A DNA stretch of 64,000 bases from Balanoglossus misakiensis. Taxonomy: Eukaryota; Animalia; Hemichordata. Each line of letters starts with the position of its first letter. Position 1 is the first letter of the stretch. The stretch spans positions 3,084,303-3,148,302 of the forward strand of contig CM082582.2 of assembly GCA_040954595.2 (NCBI GenBank). Direction: 5' to 3'. This document shows positions 37,654 to 50,847 of the stretch, one piece after another. Both the position numbers and the translations under genes were made by a program. Under the pieces are notes generated by a model. That model searched no databases. It saw only the letters and a program-made list of their open reading frames with translations, and was not told where the DNA came from.

Positions 37654-37819
37654 AAAAAGTAAATTTTGGCAAAAATCACAACTTTTCATGCAATGCCACC
37701 TTAAGGCAGGCAGAATTCATAGTACCCCTCCAGTCAGTGCAGATATAAGACCACACATTTAAAAAAAATATGTTTCTATTTTTTTAATAATTAGTGTACA
37801 CATCTGCATTGAACTATAT

Positions 37820-38069
37820 AAATAAAATAAATAAATATATACACTGAGTAAATAAACTAAGTAAATAAATGTATGCTAACTAAACCTATGCTACCTAAAC
37901 TAATTAGATAAACCTAATTAACTAAATACTAAACTTATACTAATTAACTAAGAACTAACTAACTAACTAATTAACTAACTCACTAACTAACTAACTAAAC
38001 TATTCAAAAGTTTGGACAAATACATGTGTACACTCACTCACTCACTCACTCACTTAGACAGACAGACAG

Positions 38070-38103
<34 letters not shown>

Positions 38104-38110
38104 AGACAAA
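37820..38110. repeat. Low-complexity / compound microsatellite (CTAA, CTCA, CAGA, CGGA)
   Basis: Directly visible simple repeats. Confidence 0.9.
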
Positions 38111-38557
38111 CAGGTGTATCAAAATGGGTATTACTGAGGAGGGGGGGGGGGGCAGTTTGTGCCAAGACTGGTTGGGGCATTTCAGAGGACATTGCAAAAT
38201 CAAATTTACTTGAGGCAACCTGAGGAAATTGTTTAAGACGGATTCTCATGTGCCATGGTTAGGGTGCTCCTTTTTTTATAATTATCATAAGTGGGTAAAC
38301 ATTTATCATCAGCGACTTCAAAATCTTGCGTCAACACATGTTATTTGAGTTTCAAATAGGTCGGAGATCAACAGGCATTTGCATGATCCATTACCGATTC
38401 ATAGTAACTTTTCATTGGAGGTTGCACTTGAAAGACAAAATGCAAAGTAGTTTTTTTTTTGTTATGAAACAAAAGTTACATGAAAAACCTGCTTGATTTC
38501 CGATCCATACATTGTAAAGCAGCATTCAAGTAAACAAGCTTTGCCAGTGTTCTGGTC

Positions 38558-38591
<34 letters not shown>

Positions 38592-38952
38592 CGCTTTTCG
38601 AACTCTTACTCGTATCTTCTTGAGAAAACTCACAGCTTGGGTTTTAAACAACAGAGGTGTTGCGGAATACACTACAACTACAAACACTAAGTAAATGTCT
38701 GAAAAATAAACTTAATAAAGTATTCAAACAAGATAAATGATTACAATCAATGATAAAAGATTCGATTTCAAACAATTTGCAGATTTGCCATTCAGGCAAA
38801 TACAGCCAAAGCAAGAGATGTCAAGCAAAGTGAGCAACTCTTACAACAAGTTGGAAAGTACAAATGCCGACAGATTGTATAACCTTATGATTGAGAGTTG
38901 ATGCCATAGCGCATTGGATGGTATTGGGAAAATGTGTCATCTACATTGTGTT

Positions 38953-39384
38953 TCAATATAGCTCCCAGCAGTATTCACTTCGTGTGAACTTCTCCACGCC
39001 TTCAACCAATTTGTCAGTCTTGTGGGTCATTTGTGAGGTGCTATGATTAACCCCTGCAACTGACAATCCAGCAGAGGCAATGTCATTAACAATGAATTGC
39101 ACATGCATAACTGACTTAGAGGGCCCAGAGGGAAAACCAGTTTCATTCAAAAACGAAGAATAGCCGGTGCCTTGGGGGTCTAAACCATGGGATTTGCAAC
39201 AATAACACTGTTGTCCCCTGATATCAATGCATCCGTAGAAGAATTTGAAAAGCTGTGTGATAAAACTGCAGCAAATATGTAACATGCAAATGAGAGTAGT
39301 ACCTGTAATGATAGGAAGCCTTTGATGGTCTGATAAAATAAACGAGCAGAAAAGCTGGAAAATATTGTCCCTGTGATGCATCAT
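38953..39384 (-). pseudogene. Highly degenerate C-terminal fragment of a Crypton-type tyrosine recombinase
   Basis: C..ITQLFKFF...YCCKSHGLDPQG...ETGF...ASAGLSVAGV...EGVEKFTRS loosely follows the Crypton pattern CPV.LF..Y / WY...P.G.N.L / AT.L..AGV / EGVR.Y.R. Catalytic residues are not intact. Confidence 0.4.
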
Positions 39385-41736
39385 TGGAGATCATACATTT
39401 TATGAAATTTTTTCTATGGATATTAAAATAGTGGTACTTAAAGAGTGTGACAACCTATGAACAAGGATTAATTGTCACTACTTCAGCCTTGAAACAGAAA
39501 TGCACCAAATGTTTGATAATAACCATAATAACAGTTCTTACAAAAAATGTGCTACATCTTTGGCCATGGCTATATGTTCCCTTTTGCTAAAGAAGTTTGA
39601 CACATCAAAGTCCAGCCAGCTTTTGAAAGCATGGCAACATTGTGACCCGCAGCAGGTTAGAAAGGGGGACAGTATATCAGGACAGTGTTCTCCCTGGGAA
39701 AAATCATAGAGCCAGGGCTAATTTCTGTAAAATTTACATAATCATAGCTTCTTTTGGACAAATTTTACCACAGCTGTTACTTATCAAGTATGCTGACATT
39801 GGCACATAGTACTTACTGAGAAAGAATATTGTCTTTTTTATACCCAGTGTAAAGTAGCCCTAGTGAAATACTATTACTAGTGACAGTATTTGAAATTGAC
39901 CTGGGGTTACGAAGTCCGCTCCAATAAAACACCCTGATGTTCCCACGACTTGCTATGCGCCTCAAAAACTGTGATGTTGTCATATTTTTTACGCGCTAGT
40001 GACAACCAGTAGTAAGAGAGACTGATAAATCGATGCTGATATGATAGCCTGTTTATTGATGTTTTAAAATGGGGTAGAAATTTTGAAGATGGCAGACATT
40101 TAGAGGCTTAAAAACGGCGAATATTCAACAGTGTCGAGCAGTTTTCAAGTGGAAGTTGGGGGCCTTCGCGCTATATACCAATTTACTAGCATACGGATGG
40201 GACCTTTGACACAAGCCACATCTTGTGTCAGCTGCTCGATCACGCGAATGTGCGGCTCAATTCAAGACACTGCGTTGTTTATCATGATGGTGGTTGTTGT
40301 TTCTTTTTTGTTTGTTTATTTATTTGATTGTTTGTTTCCCCGAACAGAACGCCTAATTCACATGTGTCCTGGATGAAACACTGCCTGCCCATGCCAAGTT
40401 CACAAGTTTTCAGTGCGGGTTGTCTTTACATCCTACTACATGTATCTGTTTTTTTTAGAAATTGGACATATCCTAAGACAAGACATCTCAGATTTTGTGT
40501 TAATTATGATATACTGCCATTGGTGTATTTTTTTTGGGGGGGGGGAGGGGGGAAAGATCAACATTCAGGATCAGATTAATTACTTTGATAATAATTTTTT
40601 TGCAATCATACCCCATCCTATTCTAAACAAAATCAAATAGTGCAAAGTAATTAAAAGTTTGCCTTATCAAGTAGGCATGAATCAGGGCAGGTGGCAATGA
40701 AATTTACCTGCCCTTCGTAATTATTACCGGACCTGGGCCGCTGTTAATTTTATAAGCCTGTGCAGACGCGCAGACACATGACATGACCTCCAACAAACGT
40801 TGCTTCATCTTTTGTCATGTTCAGCTGAGTTGTTACAATGCGCGCACGCGCTCAGTGCATTGCTTGTGTTACTAGGCTATTGATGCGATTTATAGGACGC
40901 CTGTCTAAAGATAACTTGTGCACTGAATGAAATGGCAGCGCACTGCTCTTGACAGTGTGCAGAGCTGCGTTGCTTCTAGGGTGATTCAAGCCGTGGAAGG
41001 TGTGAAATCACTCAGTTGTGTTCACTAAATTATCAAAAATTGAAAGGGAGTGGCAAGTTACAGTGAAAGCAAAGGTGGACGCAAAGCAAAAGTATAGGGG
41101 TGACAATCAGTCACATTATTGCTCACTCAGGAAGAATGCATCACAGTGACCCATGAATATTTGCATTCATTTGTGTCCTTAGGAAAGTTCACATATACGG
41201 GCGCTCAGAAGGTTGCAATACATAAACAAACTCGCCCTCTATCGACCCTCCATACCGCGCCGACAACATGACAGTGACAATTCAATTGCAGCATAACTTT
41301 TTACTTTTACGTATAACTTTGTTGACATGACTGCCTGGTACATGGTTCAGGGTATGTATGGTAAACGAATGTCGAATCCAGTATCATCGAGAGGTTTGCT
41401 TTACGTGCGGGACCGAGCCATGTTGAAAACTGCGCGTGATTCAAGAGCAGATGACATGTAGTGCCGTATAGGGAAGAAAGAAATAAACAAATCGCTAGTC
41501 AAGGTCAGATTTGAAATTAATAAATATCGCAGTACAATGTATTTATTCTGTGAATGTTTGCATTTCTTTTTTAGCCCTTAATATGTTCAAATTGTTTGAA
41601 AGCTCCGTTATTCAGTCAGAAATTGTCCACGTCTGGCTGGTTCTTGAGTTTGTCGCGCGTCCACGTCATAACACGATACATTATCAGTACTAATTTACAG
41701 CTATGACATCACAAAATTCACTTGATAAAGCTATAA

Positions 41737-42161
41737 TATTAATTATAATATACCTCATGCTAATACTGTGTCATGATTCGCCAGAATCCGTCACGTGATA
41801 GGAAAATAGAATCGACTATGAACCACTAGGGAAATAGCAGAAAAAATATAAACCGGTCACGTGACCAACGTGGTCACGTCAATCAGCGTCGCGTCGTCTG
41901 ACACAATGGCCACCGCGGAAGATGTCGTCTGCCAACCTCAAGAGAAAATTGCAAGATTTTCCCAGCTGTTAGCATGAGGTTTATTATAAAACACCTATAG
42001 CCTGGCCTATATTCGGGCCATAGCAGCCGTTTTTACCCCTTCGTGGCTGTGAGATACCAGAATCATATGCTATATGATTCTGGTAACTCACAGCCCCTCG
42101 GGTGTAATAAACGGCCGCTATGGCCCTCATGGCCAGGCAATAGGTGTTCAATATATTATAT
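41737..42161 (+). mobile_element. Crypton-derived non-autonomous element with terminal palindrome
   Basis: TATAAT and ATTATA ends, 12-bp inverted repeat ACCTCATGCTAA (41752) / TTAGCATGAGGT (41969), ATG at 41906 giving MATAEDVVCQPQEKIARFS, and a ~160-bp palindrome at 41990-42148. Confidence 0.6.
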
Positions 42162-44265
42162 CGATGTTGAGGTGCCTTAGTGATGTCCAAAAGAACCTAT
42201 AATTATGTAAATGTTATGGAAATTAGCCCCGACACTATGATTATTCCCAGGGAGAACACTGTCCTGATATATTGTCCCCCGAAAATATGATTTGTCCTCC
42301 TTTCTAACCTGCTGCGGGTCACAATGTCCCCATGCTTCACAGTACAATATTTTACCCACAATTCTCCATGATTTGTATCATTGAACGTTGCCCATTTAAT
42401 AACTTTTTCTGTTTTACATGCTAACAATGATATTATGTACATATAAATTTATTTATTTTTATCTAGGAAAAGTATGTTGAGCAATTAATAGAGTGAAAAT
42501 TTCAAAATCAAAATTAGAAGCCATAGGAATCTAGATATTCATGTACTGCAAATGTCACAATTTAGGGGAAACAAGCAATGACTAACTGAGGTGGCCAGTC
42601 TCTGTTCAAAGTTAACATGTAAATTTCCTTTGTTCTGTCAATAGAAAAATCAATTTTTGTTTGATTAAACGTGTATTTCAAGTGTCCCTGTTTTACTTCA
42701 AACTTTTTTGTATAGCTAGCTATGCAATTGCTTGATTATTTTATAAAATTAGTATCTCCTCTCTCAATAATGCATACTTTTAAAAATAATTTGAAATAGT
42801 TATTCACAGTAAGATTTGCCTTAAAAGTACGATCTCGAACTTGGTATTAGTGATCTACAATTCTCTGTTCACATGTGAACTTTGCCTGGTTTGACAGAGG
42901 AATATCTGTTGGTACAAATCAGAATGAATCATGAGATATTTCTAGTACTGTGTGCTTTCAAAAGCTGGCTGAAACACTGATAATATACCAATTTGCTTGT
43001 AAATTTGAGGAATTTTACCTGATGAAATAACAATTTGTATTTTTATCTGTCTAGCTGAATTTTGGTGATTGACATTATGCTCCATATTTGCCTTTGTACT
43101 TTTACAAATATTTTTAATCGAGGTTGAAGATATGTAACACCACTAATATGTAGATGTTTATGTATTGGATAATAAACAGAGGTCGCGATAACATTTTTTT
43201 GAGTGCGTATTTTTGATGCAATCATAAAAATATGTGTCAAACTCATTTTACCTAGCCTTCGTCATACACATGTCTAATTCAAAATTCATCAAACAAAATT
43301 AGCTACATTTTGAGTACAAAAGGTCGGGCACACAAGTGATTATTTTGATTCCAGGGGATAGTCAGCGGTATGCATATATGGTTTATGTTGACCATTGTAC
43401 AAATAGAGAGGCCATTCCTATGTGTCAATATTGATGCACTTATTAAGATTTTCACATCAAATGAGTATTTTGGCGTCAAATATACATAATTTCTGCGTAA
43501 ACACGACCTCTGATAAATGCAATTTTTTTTTAATAAACAGCAAAAATGGATGCATTGGCTGTTGAATTTCAGTCACCATGACGATGCATGTAGTCTGTGA
43601 CAAACGTAACATTCCATACAAAGCGTATGATTTCATTTTATTGAGTGACTAGCTATTACATTATATTTTCAGTGAATTTACATGCAACACATTGCAGGAT
43701 GCTACAATCTCTAGGGCAAATTTGTTTGCGAAATTATGTTTGGCTTTACATTATATGACAAAAGTGAACATGTGTGCATGACTGACAGATGCTGTTATTT
43801 TTCATTTGTCAAGTATACCAGGTCTCATTCACTGGCTTTAGAGCGGCTTTATATATACAGACCTGCCAATAAGTATTTACGCACCTTGACAATGAATGTT
43901 TGCAATGAAAAATTATTCACAAAATATTTCGACTGTAACTTATTTCTGAATATAAATAACTTACGGAAGGTTTAACCCATTTTAGTCAACACAGATGTGT
44001 TGCCGCGCCGAATATGACTGCAGTGAAATTTCCTATGATTATTGCAATGGCGGTATACTCATTTTCATTAACTTTCCGCGCCATTGTGTCCGTGGCTAAT
44101 TTCCCTCTTTTCATATTTAAATCTCCACCAATCAGAGCTTTTAAATATAATTCTGATTAAAGTTTGGGGCGGGAAAATCTGCCAGACTTGCTTATGAATA
44201 TTCTGATCGAGGTCGTCGGAGGTTGCTGCATAATTTTTGTTTGTAAACATTGAATAAGTGAAATC

Positions 44266-45776
44266 ATGCTTAAAGTTCTCGAACTTCCTGAATTTGTGAA
44301 AGGTCAAATTGGGTAGCTGCATAGGCAAGGTTTGAGAAACCGAGAAATTGCAAGGCAGCTTGGAATCACCGAAGGCAGCGTCAGGTACAACATTCGGAAA
44401 CTTGTTCAAAATGGTAGCACGGACAATTAAACTCGATCTGGACGGCCAAGGCGAACAACTGAACGGGAAGACCGAATGTTGATTAGATCAAGTCTGACGG
44501 ACAGATTCAAGACGGCCCGTGACCTCCGTGCTAAATTTCATGAGGATACCGGGAAATTTTTGAGTCTGAGCACCATCAAATCTCGGTTATCTAGACTCTG
44601 CGGATGTGTGGCCAAGAAAAAGCCGAAATTACGGTTTCAAGTCGTTTCGGCCCCAAAGTTTTACGGCCCCAGTTGCTTCGGCCCCCATTTTTCACGACCC
44701 CAGTCGATCGGCACTTACCGGCAGCCTTGAGTTACATATAGTAAAATGTAAGTATTTTTCCTTAGACTGTTATAAAAGTAATAGTGGTAACGCTAGCAAA
44801 GTAAACTCAAGCAGACGGAATTGGGAAAGTGCAAATTCATACCAGCGATAAACACAATCGATGGCAACCATCTGATATCGTTCATTATGTAAAATATACA
44901 TGTGTTCTGCTCCACATGCACATCACACTTTAAGTTTAACGTATTCGTAAGGAAGAAATACAAAATTCGTATAACTTTCAGCTTTAAATGCAGCGTTTTT
45001 GTTGGGTTATTAGTAACAACTTACGCTTGGGGGGCTGCGTTGGTAAGTGCCGAAACGACTGGGGACTTAAAACTCTGGTGCCGAAACGACTTGTTCCCGA
45101 AATTACATCCCCGGCACATCACAGCGCGACTACGTTTCGCCCGGCGTTACGTCAACTGGACACCTGTTCAGTGGTCCCAGGTTGTTTGGTCGGATGAGTC
45201 AAAGTTCACCGTGTTTAAGAGCCGAGAGAGAGAGTTTTCGTTAGAAGGCGACCCGGCGAGGAGTACAACATTGACAGTCCCACAGTAAAGTTTGGTGGTG
45301 GCAGTGTTATGGTTTGGGGGTGTTTCTTGGCTGCAGGTGTTGGTTCGCTCGTTCGAGTCGAGAACACCATGATTCACTGGAAGTACTTAGACGTACTACA
45401 AAACGAAATGCTACCATCGGCTTTGAGACTCGTGGGGCCCGATTTAGTGTTCCAACAGGATAATGCCCCCGTACATACTGCCTTGGATGTGAAATCATTT
45501 CTACAAAATCCCCAGGATTACGGCTATCCGTTCGACAATTTTACAACGTTGGAGTGACCAGCCTAGTCTCCAGATTTGAGCCCCATCGCGAACCTGTGGG
45601 AGTTAATCGACTTGGACGTTCATTCCCGTCCAATACACAGCATCGAAGACCTATTTAACCGCATAGTAACATCTTGGGAACAATTCCTGCAAAATATGTG
45701 TCGGAAACTCGTCGATACTATGCCGAAGCACCAGCGAGAGGTCATTAGGCGAAGGGGTGGACATATCCATTATTGA
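44266..45776 (+). pseudogene. Tc1 transposase with stops, a frameshift and a MITE insertion
   Basis: HTH (REIARQLGI...VRY), SGRPRRTT..EDR, AKKKPKL, VVWSDESKF, TVKFGGGSVMVWGCF, FQQDNAPVH, SPDLSPIANLW, GGHIHY*. Confidence 0.95.
44633..45097. mobile_element. MULE-type MITE with 9-bp TSD inside the Tc1 transposase
   Basis: TSD CGAAATTAC at 44624-44632 and 45098-45106. Ends GGTTTCAAGTCGTTTCGGC / GCCGAAACGACTTGTTCC, with subterminal CGGCCCC repeats. Removing it restores KKPKL-HPRH. Confidence 0.9.
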
Positions 45777-46559
45777 CATTTGGTTCGTTCGATTTCACCT
45801 CATGAATATTCATGACGTTTTTTTCATTGTTGTTCCCATAGAGAATGGAATGTTTCGCTGACTCCGTCTCACATCTATTTTTACGTCGATATGTCTCACT
45901 CAAATTTAATCACAGATGCAAGATTTTTGTTCTACGACTGTTATTTATCTTGAATTTATTAAATGTAGTTGAATTTTTGCTAAAAACTGTCTGCAAGGTG
46001 TGTTATTTCATGTTTCTGAAACGTTTTCACTGCAGAACGTGGGTGCGTAAATACTTATTGGCAGGTTTGATACATGTACATATCTGTACATATTATTCTT
46101 GATGTTGTTGTAAACATTTCTTTTGTGTCTGTTTCAAGGTCAGATGAGGTGAGTTATAACACTTTGATTCATGGGTTGAGTGACGTTTGGAAACCATCAC
46201 TCACATTGATGGAAGAATTTTATATTAAAAAGAGTATACTTCAGTTGTCCCCAATAATAGCCTTTGTGTAAATTTCCCCTCTCTGAAGTGAGACAGAACT
46301 AAAGAAAGCATCTTCATATTGCTGCCAGATGCATGAGCTAGCTGGTGAAGTTCCCTGTGTGTTCCACAAGATTAAACTGTCCCAAGATGGGTAGGCAGTA
46401 GAAATGAGGTCTGTTGGCGTCCTTCAGTCTCAAGAGACTATGGATCTGCGTGCTGGGATGTTGATCTAGATCTGGAACAGCGTAGTACATGTATGAGGCA
46501 TTGAGCTTATGTTCCTTCTGGGTGGTCCTAGATTCACTGCTGTACAGTACAAATTTATT

Positions 46560-48400
46560 TTAGGTATAACTCACAACACAAGCACTCATGTGGGCATTGG
46601 TGTCATACTCAGTAATAGCCTGCATCCAGTAGTCTGAAAGTAGGAGGGCTTCATGATTAGGAATAACAAAGATCTGAGCCTAACAAACTGCATAAGGTAA
46701 ATTAGTCTCCTGGTGAGATATACCATCCACCTCAGCTGTCATGATCTCTAGTATGCCTTGGTGAAGTACAATGCAATCTCCACTGCACTCTTGCAAATGG
46801 CTTGACTATTCATCATTCCTGAAGAGCAATACTCCATGGTTGGACAAATATTCTTCACATGGTGAGAAACATGTGGATCTGGGAGCCTGCTATAAGATAG
46901 CTTAGGGTTGAAATCATGAGTTGATGGTCTAGCTCAAAGTAATTTTCAGGAATAGAGTGATCTGACCTGACCCATCCTCCTGGCAAAGTATTTTTTCTCG
47001 GTTCCCTTGACATTATTACAAATTGTGTGTATCATAAAAAGGCCAATCAGTCAGACAGGCCTCTGCCAATAGAGATAAGTCACAGCTGTTACAACCATCT
47101 CAACACATACCAAGAACCATAGACAATAGTAAAGAGAAAAGAAAACTAATACATAATTAGATTACAAACTGTGAATGGATTGGCTGAGGGAACAGGATCC
47201 AGTGAGTACATGAGTGATAAAAGGATTTGAGAGAATAATTAAACAGAGCTCGTGCCTGGTCGGTTGATGTGGTATTGGCTGTTCTTGTCTACTAACACTA
47301 CTTGAATGGATAAGGCTATGTGCTTTCTGGTGATATAGTAAAAGACAGAACTGCATGAAGCTCAGTTTTATGTGCAGGGGTTAATTCCCATGACACTGGA
47401 CTGCCAGGTATGCAGAAAAAAATGGTCTGATGCAAATCAAGACTTGTAGTGAAGCACGAAAGGTTGTCAGGTGATTGTCACCATACATTTCACTGCATTT
47501 TGAGGCCTGTCCCCATGTCATGATGTGTAACGTCTTTGATGGAAACATTTTTTACACTTGAGTGATTTGGCCTGAGCAAAATCCATAAGATCCCATTGAA
47601 ACTGACAGATTTAGGTCAAAAAGTTGTCATCAAGTTCAGATGACCAGAGGTCTCAGAAAGATGAAGCAGCCCATAACTTGACAGAGCTGACAATATCAGA
47701 GATATCAATGACAACACCGGTAAATGACACAAGGAAGATGATCACTATGATCAGAGGCAATACTAGCTGAGAGATGTATCTTAGTGAATACAGGTGGACG
47801 TTTACCCACAGGTGTTGACGTCTGCACCTCAATAATATCATATGTACAGGCACATGTACCGGTACATGTATAACCTATAAAATGATTGTTTCGTAATGTG
47901 GAAAGAATAGTATGCCTCTGATGGCAAGGAAGAAGGAATTCTGACAACTGCTAAATTATATTAAAGTGACATCGCATATTGGCAGCCAATGGGAAACCCA
48001 TTTGCTATAATTTCTGCCTTGTGAGCTGAATGCCAAGTTGAACTGTCCTCCAGGGTGGGACCCTGTGGTGATCCATGATTGCTGATTGCTAGACACTTGC
48101 CTCCGATGAATAGGGGTATATATGTGACATAGCTGTATCCCAGAAGCCCAGGTGCAGAAGTCGGCAGAGTGATAGAGCATGTCTGTTACAGATCGTCAGC
48201 CATTTTTCACTTCCATATTCCGTAAAATCAGTGATGGGATAAATACCCTTTTTTGTCTGTTGGAGTGGGAAATCTGCTGAAATATTCCACTATAGGAGCA
48301 AAATAATTCACTTTATAGACTCCAAGAGTTACTGAACAAGTGTTCTCAGCACAATGCTACTAACCTCCTTCAAGTGATACTGCTAGATTTCAAGACAGCA
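46560..48400 (-). mobile_element. Very degenerate LINE (CR1-like) ORF2 remnant
   Basis: Scattered minus-strand peptides resemble CR1 motifs: ICPTMEYCS (~46830-46855, cf. IRPxMEYCS), a WxxxxVxxI-like segment (~47390-47440), and IYxP / G.FN-like endonuclease pieces (~48035-48125). There is no continuous ORF. Confidence 0.4.
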
Positions 48401-48796
48401 GTTATAATATGTAAATACGAACCAATGCTAAGTGGACAAGGTTGCAAATACTGCAGCTGGGCCGGTGGCTCCATGCCTCATAAAACTGCATTTCTAATAC
48501 AAGATTCTGCAATATTGAAGTCAGGACACACATGGGCCATAGGAGTATGAAAGTAGAAGTAGCACCCAAACCATACACCTACTATGGGTGTGGGTGTAGC
48601 AAAAAGTTTGACACAAGTATTAGAAGCAAGAGCCTGTAATTTACACAAAGGCTAACAAGGCAATACAAAGCAGTATACTCTGTTTATATGTTCTCCAAAG
48701 ATGTTGTTCAAGTTAACATACTCTCTTACGTATGTTCTATAATTAGCACATGTTTTTTGAACGTGAAAGAAGACTTCTGATCATTGTAGGAACGAA

Positions 48797-50847
48797 GGTA
48801 GAGTTGACTTTTCAGAGCCCTCTGACTCAGAGCCCTCTGAAGTTTCAGAACCTCAGAACCCAGACCTCAGAATTCTTGTTGACCTCAGATATAACCCCAA
48901 AATGTACCTGTATAATTAAATATAACGATTACAAATAGGTGTAATGTTGCCAAAATTACTCCCGCTGAAAATACGACGTACTACATTGTATGGCAAGTGC
49001 GAGATCGTGACTGCCGATTGCCCGCCATATTTGTTTTCGAAGTTTATGTCGATTTCAGATTCAGATTCAGCCACTGATTCCAATTCACCAGTAACGCGTT
49101 TCCTTTTCTTATTTCCTTGCAAATATGAAAGTATTTTGTAGCACACGACAAACTAAAAAACAATTAATACATAGATAATAAAGTTCCTTCACTTGCGGTG
49201 ATCTTTCACCGCCAGGCATTTGTATTCAACCTGTCCCCCATTATATATCAGTGGGAAGGGCAATGTTATGATTTATTTGTGCAGGGGTGAATTATCATTG
49301 TGGTAATATTGATCATGCAGATATGATGTGGCTATTATAACAAGAAAACTTTCTTCAGAAACTTGTTTTCATTGCCTAGATTATTTTTTATCAAAAGTGA
49401 TTTGATATTATTCATGTTTACATATTATGTATGTATTTATTGTTTTTTCTTGTTTTGGAATAAACTCTTTGAAATTTAACTGCTTGTTTGTAAATTTTTA
49501 GCAAGAAATATATACGCATTTGACATACAGCAAACCTACAGTAATAATCCTAATGGAAAGAGAATAAGCGCAGTGTGTGAGGACACAAAGTTTGTCAAAA
49601 AGTCATTAATTTGAATGACTGGCAAATCCAAAATGTTTTCCATGGGCTTTATTCTGATGGACAAATAATTAAATTCTTATTTAAGGTGGCATTGCATGAA
49701 AAGTTGTGATTTTTGCCAAATTTACTTGTTTTACATAAATCGGTAGGTCTAATACTGATCCACATTCTGACAAATGCGTCTTGGCGGAAATGGTGCATAA
49801 TCACCCAAAAATAGCACTTTTCTGAATGAGTTCACAGTTTAACAAATAGGTGTCAACAATGCAAATGGCCATTTTTCTCAGTTTGCATTTTTGCTGCTCT
49901 TGACAACTTCAGAAGAATTTAGCTTCGCTCTGCGTTGGCTGAATTTGCTCAAATTTTAACAGGGGATTGTGTATGACCCATCTAACAAAACACATTTTTT
50001 AGTCAATAAAGTGTCCTTGGCGGGAATAAAATCTGATTCAATACAACTCATTGTGAATTTGATCAAATTTTCTAAACACCTAACTTGCAAACACTGTTAC
50101 TCCTCAATGGAAGCAGATAACGCTAAACTAAATTTTGTTTTTTTGCATGTGTAATCTATTTTCGAATGACAGACTAAGATGCATGATGCATGGTCAACCG
50201 TTTTACCTAATTTCAATTGAATGACATAATATCAAAAAAAATGCTTTTTTAACCCAAAAACGCCACCATTTCCGGGGGTCAATGAAATGTGCAACTCAAA
50301 CAAAAGTTCAAAAACTCAGCTTCCAGAATATGTATGGTTTATAGGGGTTTTAATAATTATTTGAAGAGAAATAGGCCTCTGAAAAAGTCTTGACGGTTTC
50401 ATGCAATACCACATTAAGTATTGAATTGATTTCCAAATTCTCTTCTTTTGGTGTTTCTTCTTGTGATTTATTTTGTCGTGTGCTACAAAATACGTTTATA
50501 TTTGTAATGCAATGCAAGCAAAAAAAGAAAAGTAACGCGTTACTGGTGAATCGGAATCCCTTGCTGAATCTGAATCTGAAATCGACATAAACTTCGAAAA
50601 CAAATATGGCGGGTAATAGGCAGTCACGATTTCGCACTTGCCATACAACGTAGTACGTCGTATTTTTAGCGGGAGTAATTTTGGCAACATTATACCCATT
50701 TGTAATCGTTATATTTAATTATACAGGTACATTTTGGGGTTATATCTGAGGTCAACAAGAATTCTGAGGTCCGGGTTCTGAGGTTCTGAAACTTCAGAGG
50801 GCTCTGAGGGGCTCTGACTCAGAGGGCTCTGAAAAGTCAACTCTACC
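48797..50847. mobile_element. Non-autonomous MULE/Mutator with ~350-bp TIRs and 10-bp TSD
   Basis: GGTAGAGTTGACTTTTCAGAGCCCTCTG...CAGAGGGCTCTGAAAAGTCAACTCTACC. TIR homology covers 48797-49150 vs 50473-50847. TSD TAGGAACGAA / TAGGAACAAA. Confidence 0.92.
49685..50413. mobile_element. Kolobok-type MITE nested in the MULE
   Basis: TTAA|GGTGGCATTGCATGAAA...TTTCATGCAATACCACA|TTAA. Same family as the copies at 32255 and 35118. Confidence 0.88.

Larger units (their letters stand above)
35118..37700. mobile_element. Kolobok-type MITE interrupted by a HINE
   Basis: TTAA|GGTGGCATCGCATGAAA...TTTCATGCAATGCCACC|TTAA. Colinear (inverted) with the uninterrupted copy at 49685-50413, apart from a 1.86-kb insert in an A-run. 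Confidence 0.88.
43858..46069 (+). mobile_element. Tc1-family DNA transposon, full-length fossil
   Basis: TA|CAGACCTGCCAATAAGTATTTACGCACC...GGTGCGTAAATACTTATTGGCAGGTTTG: 28-bp TIRs with 1 mismatch flanking a transposase pseudogene. Confidence 0.95.

Noticed and set aside
43177-43512. Possible hAT MITE (CAGAGGTCG...CGACCTCTG)
   Set aside because: Only a 9-bp inverted match, and the flanking 8-mers do not form a convincing TSD.
48916-50699. Mirror-image ORFs with acidic or NLS-like peptides
   Set aside because: By-products of the MULE long TIRs; stops differ between the two arms.
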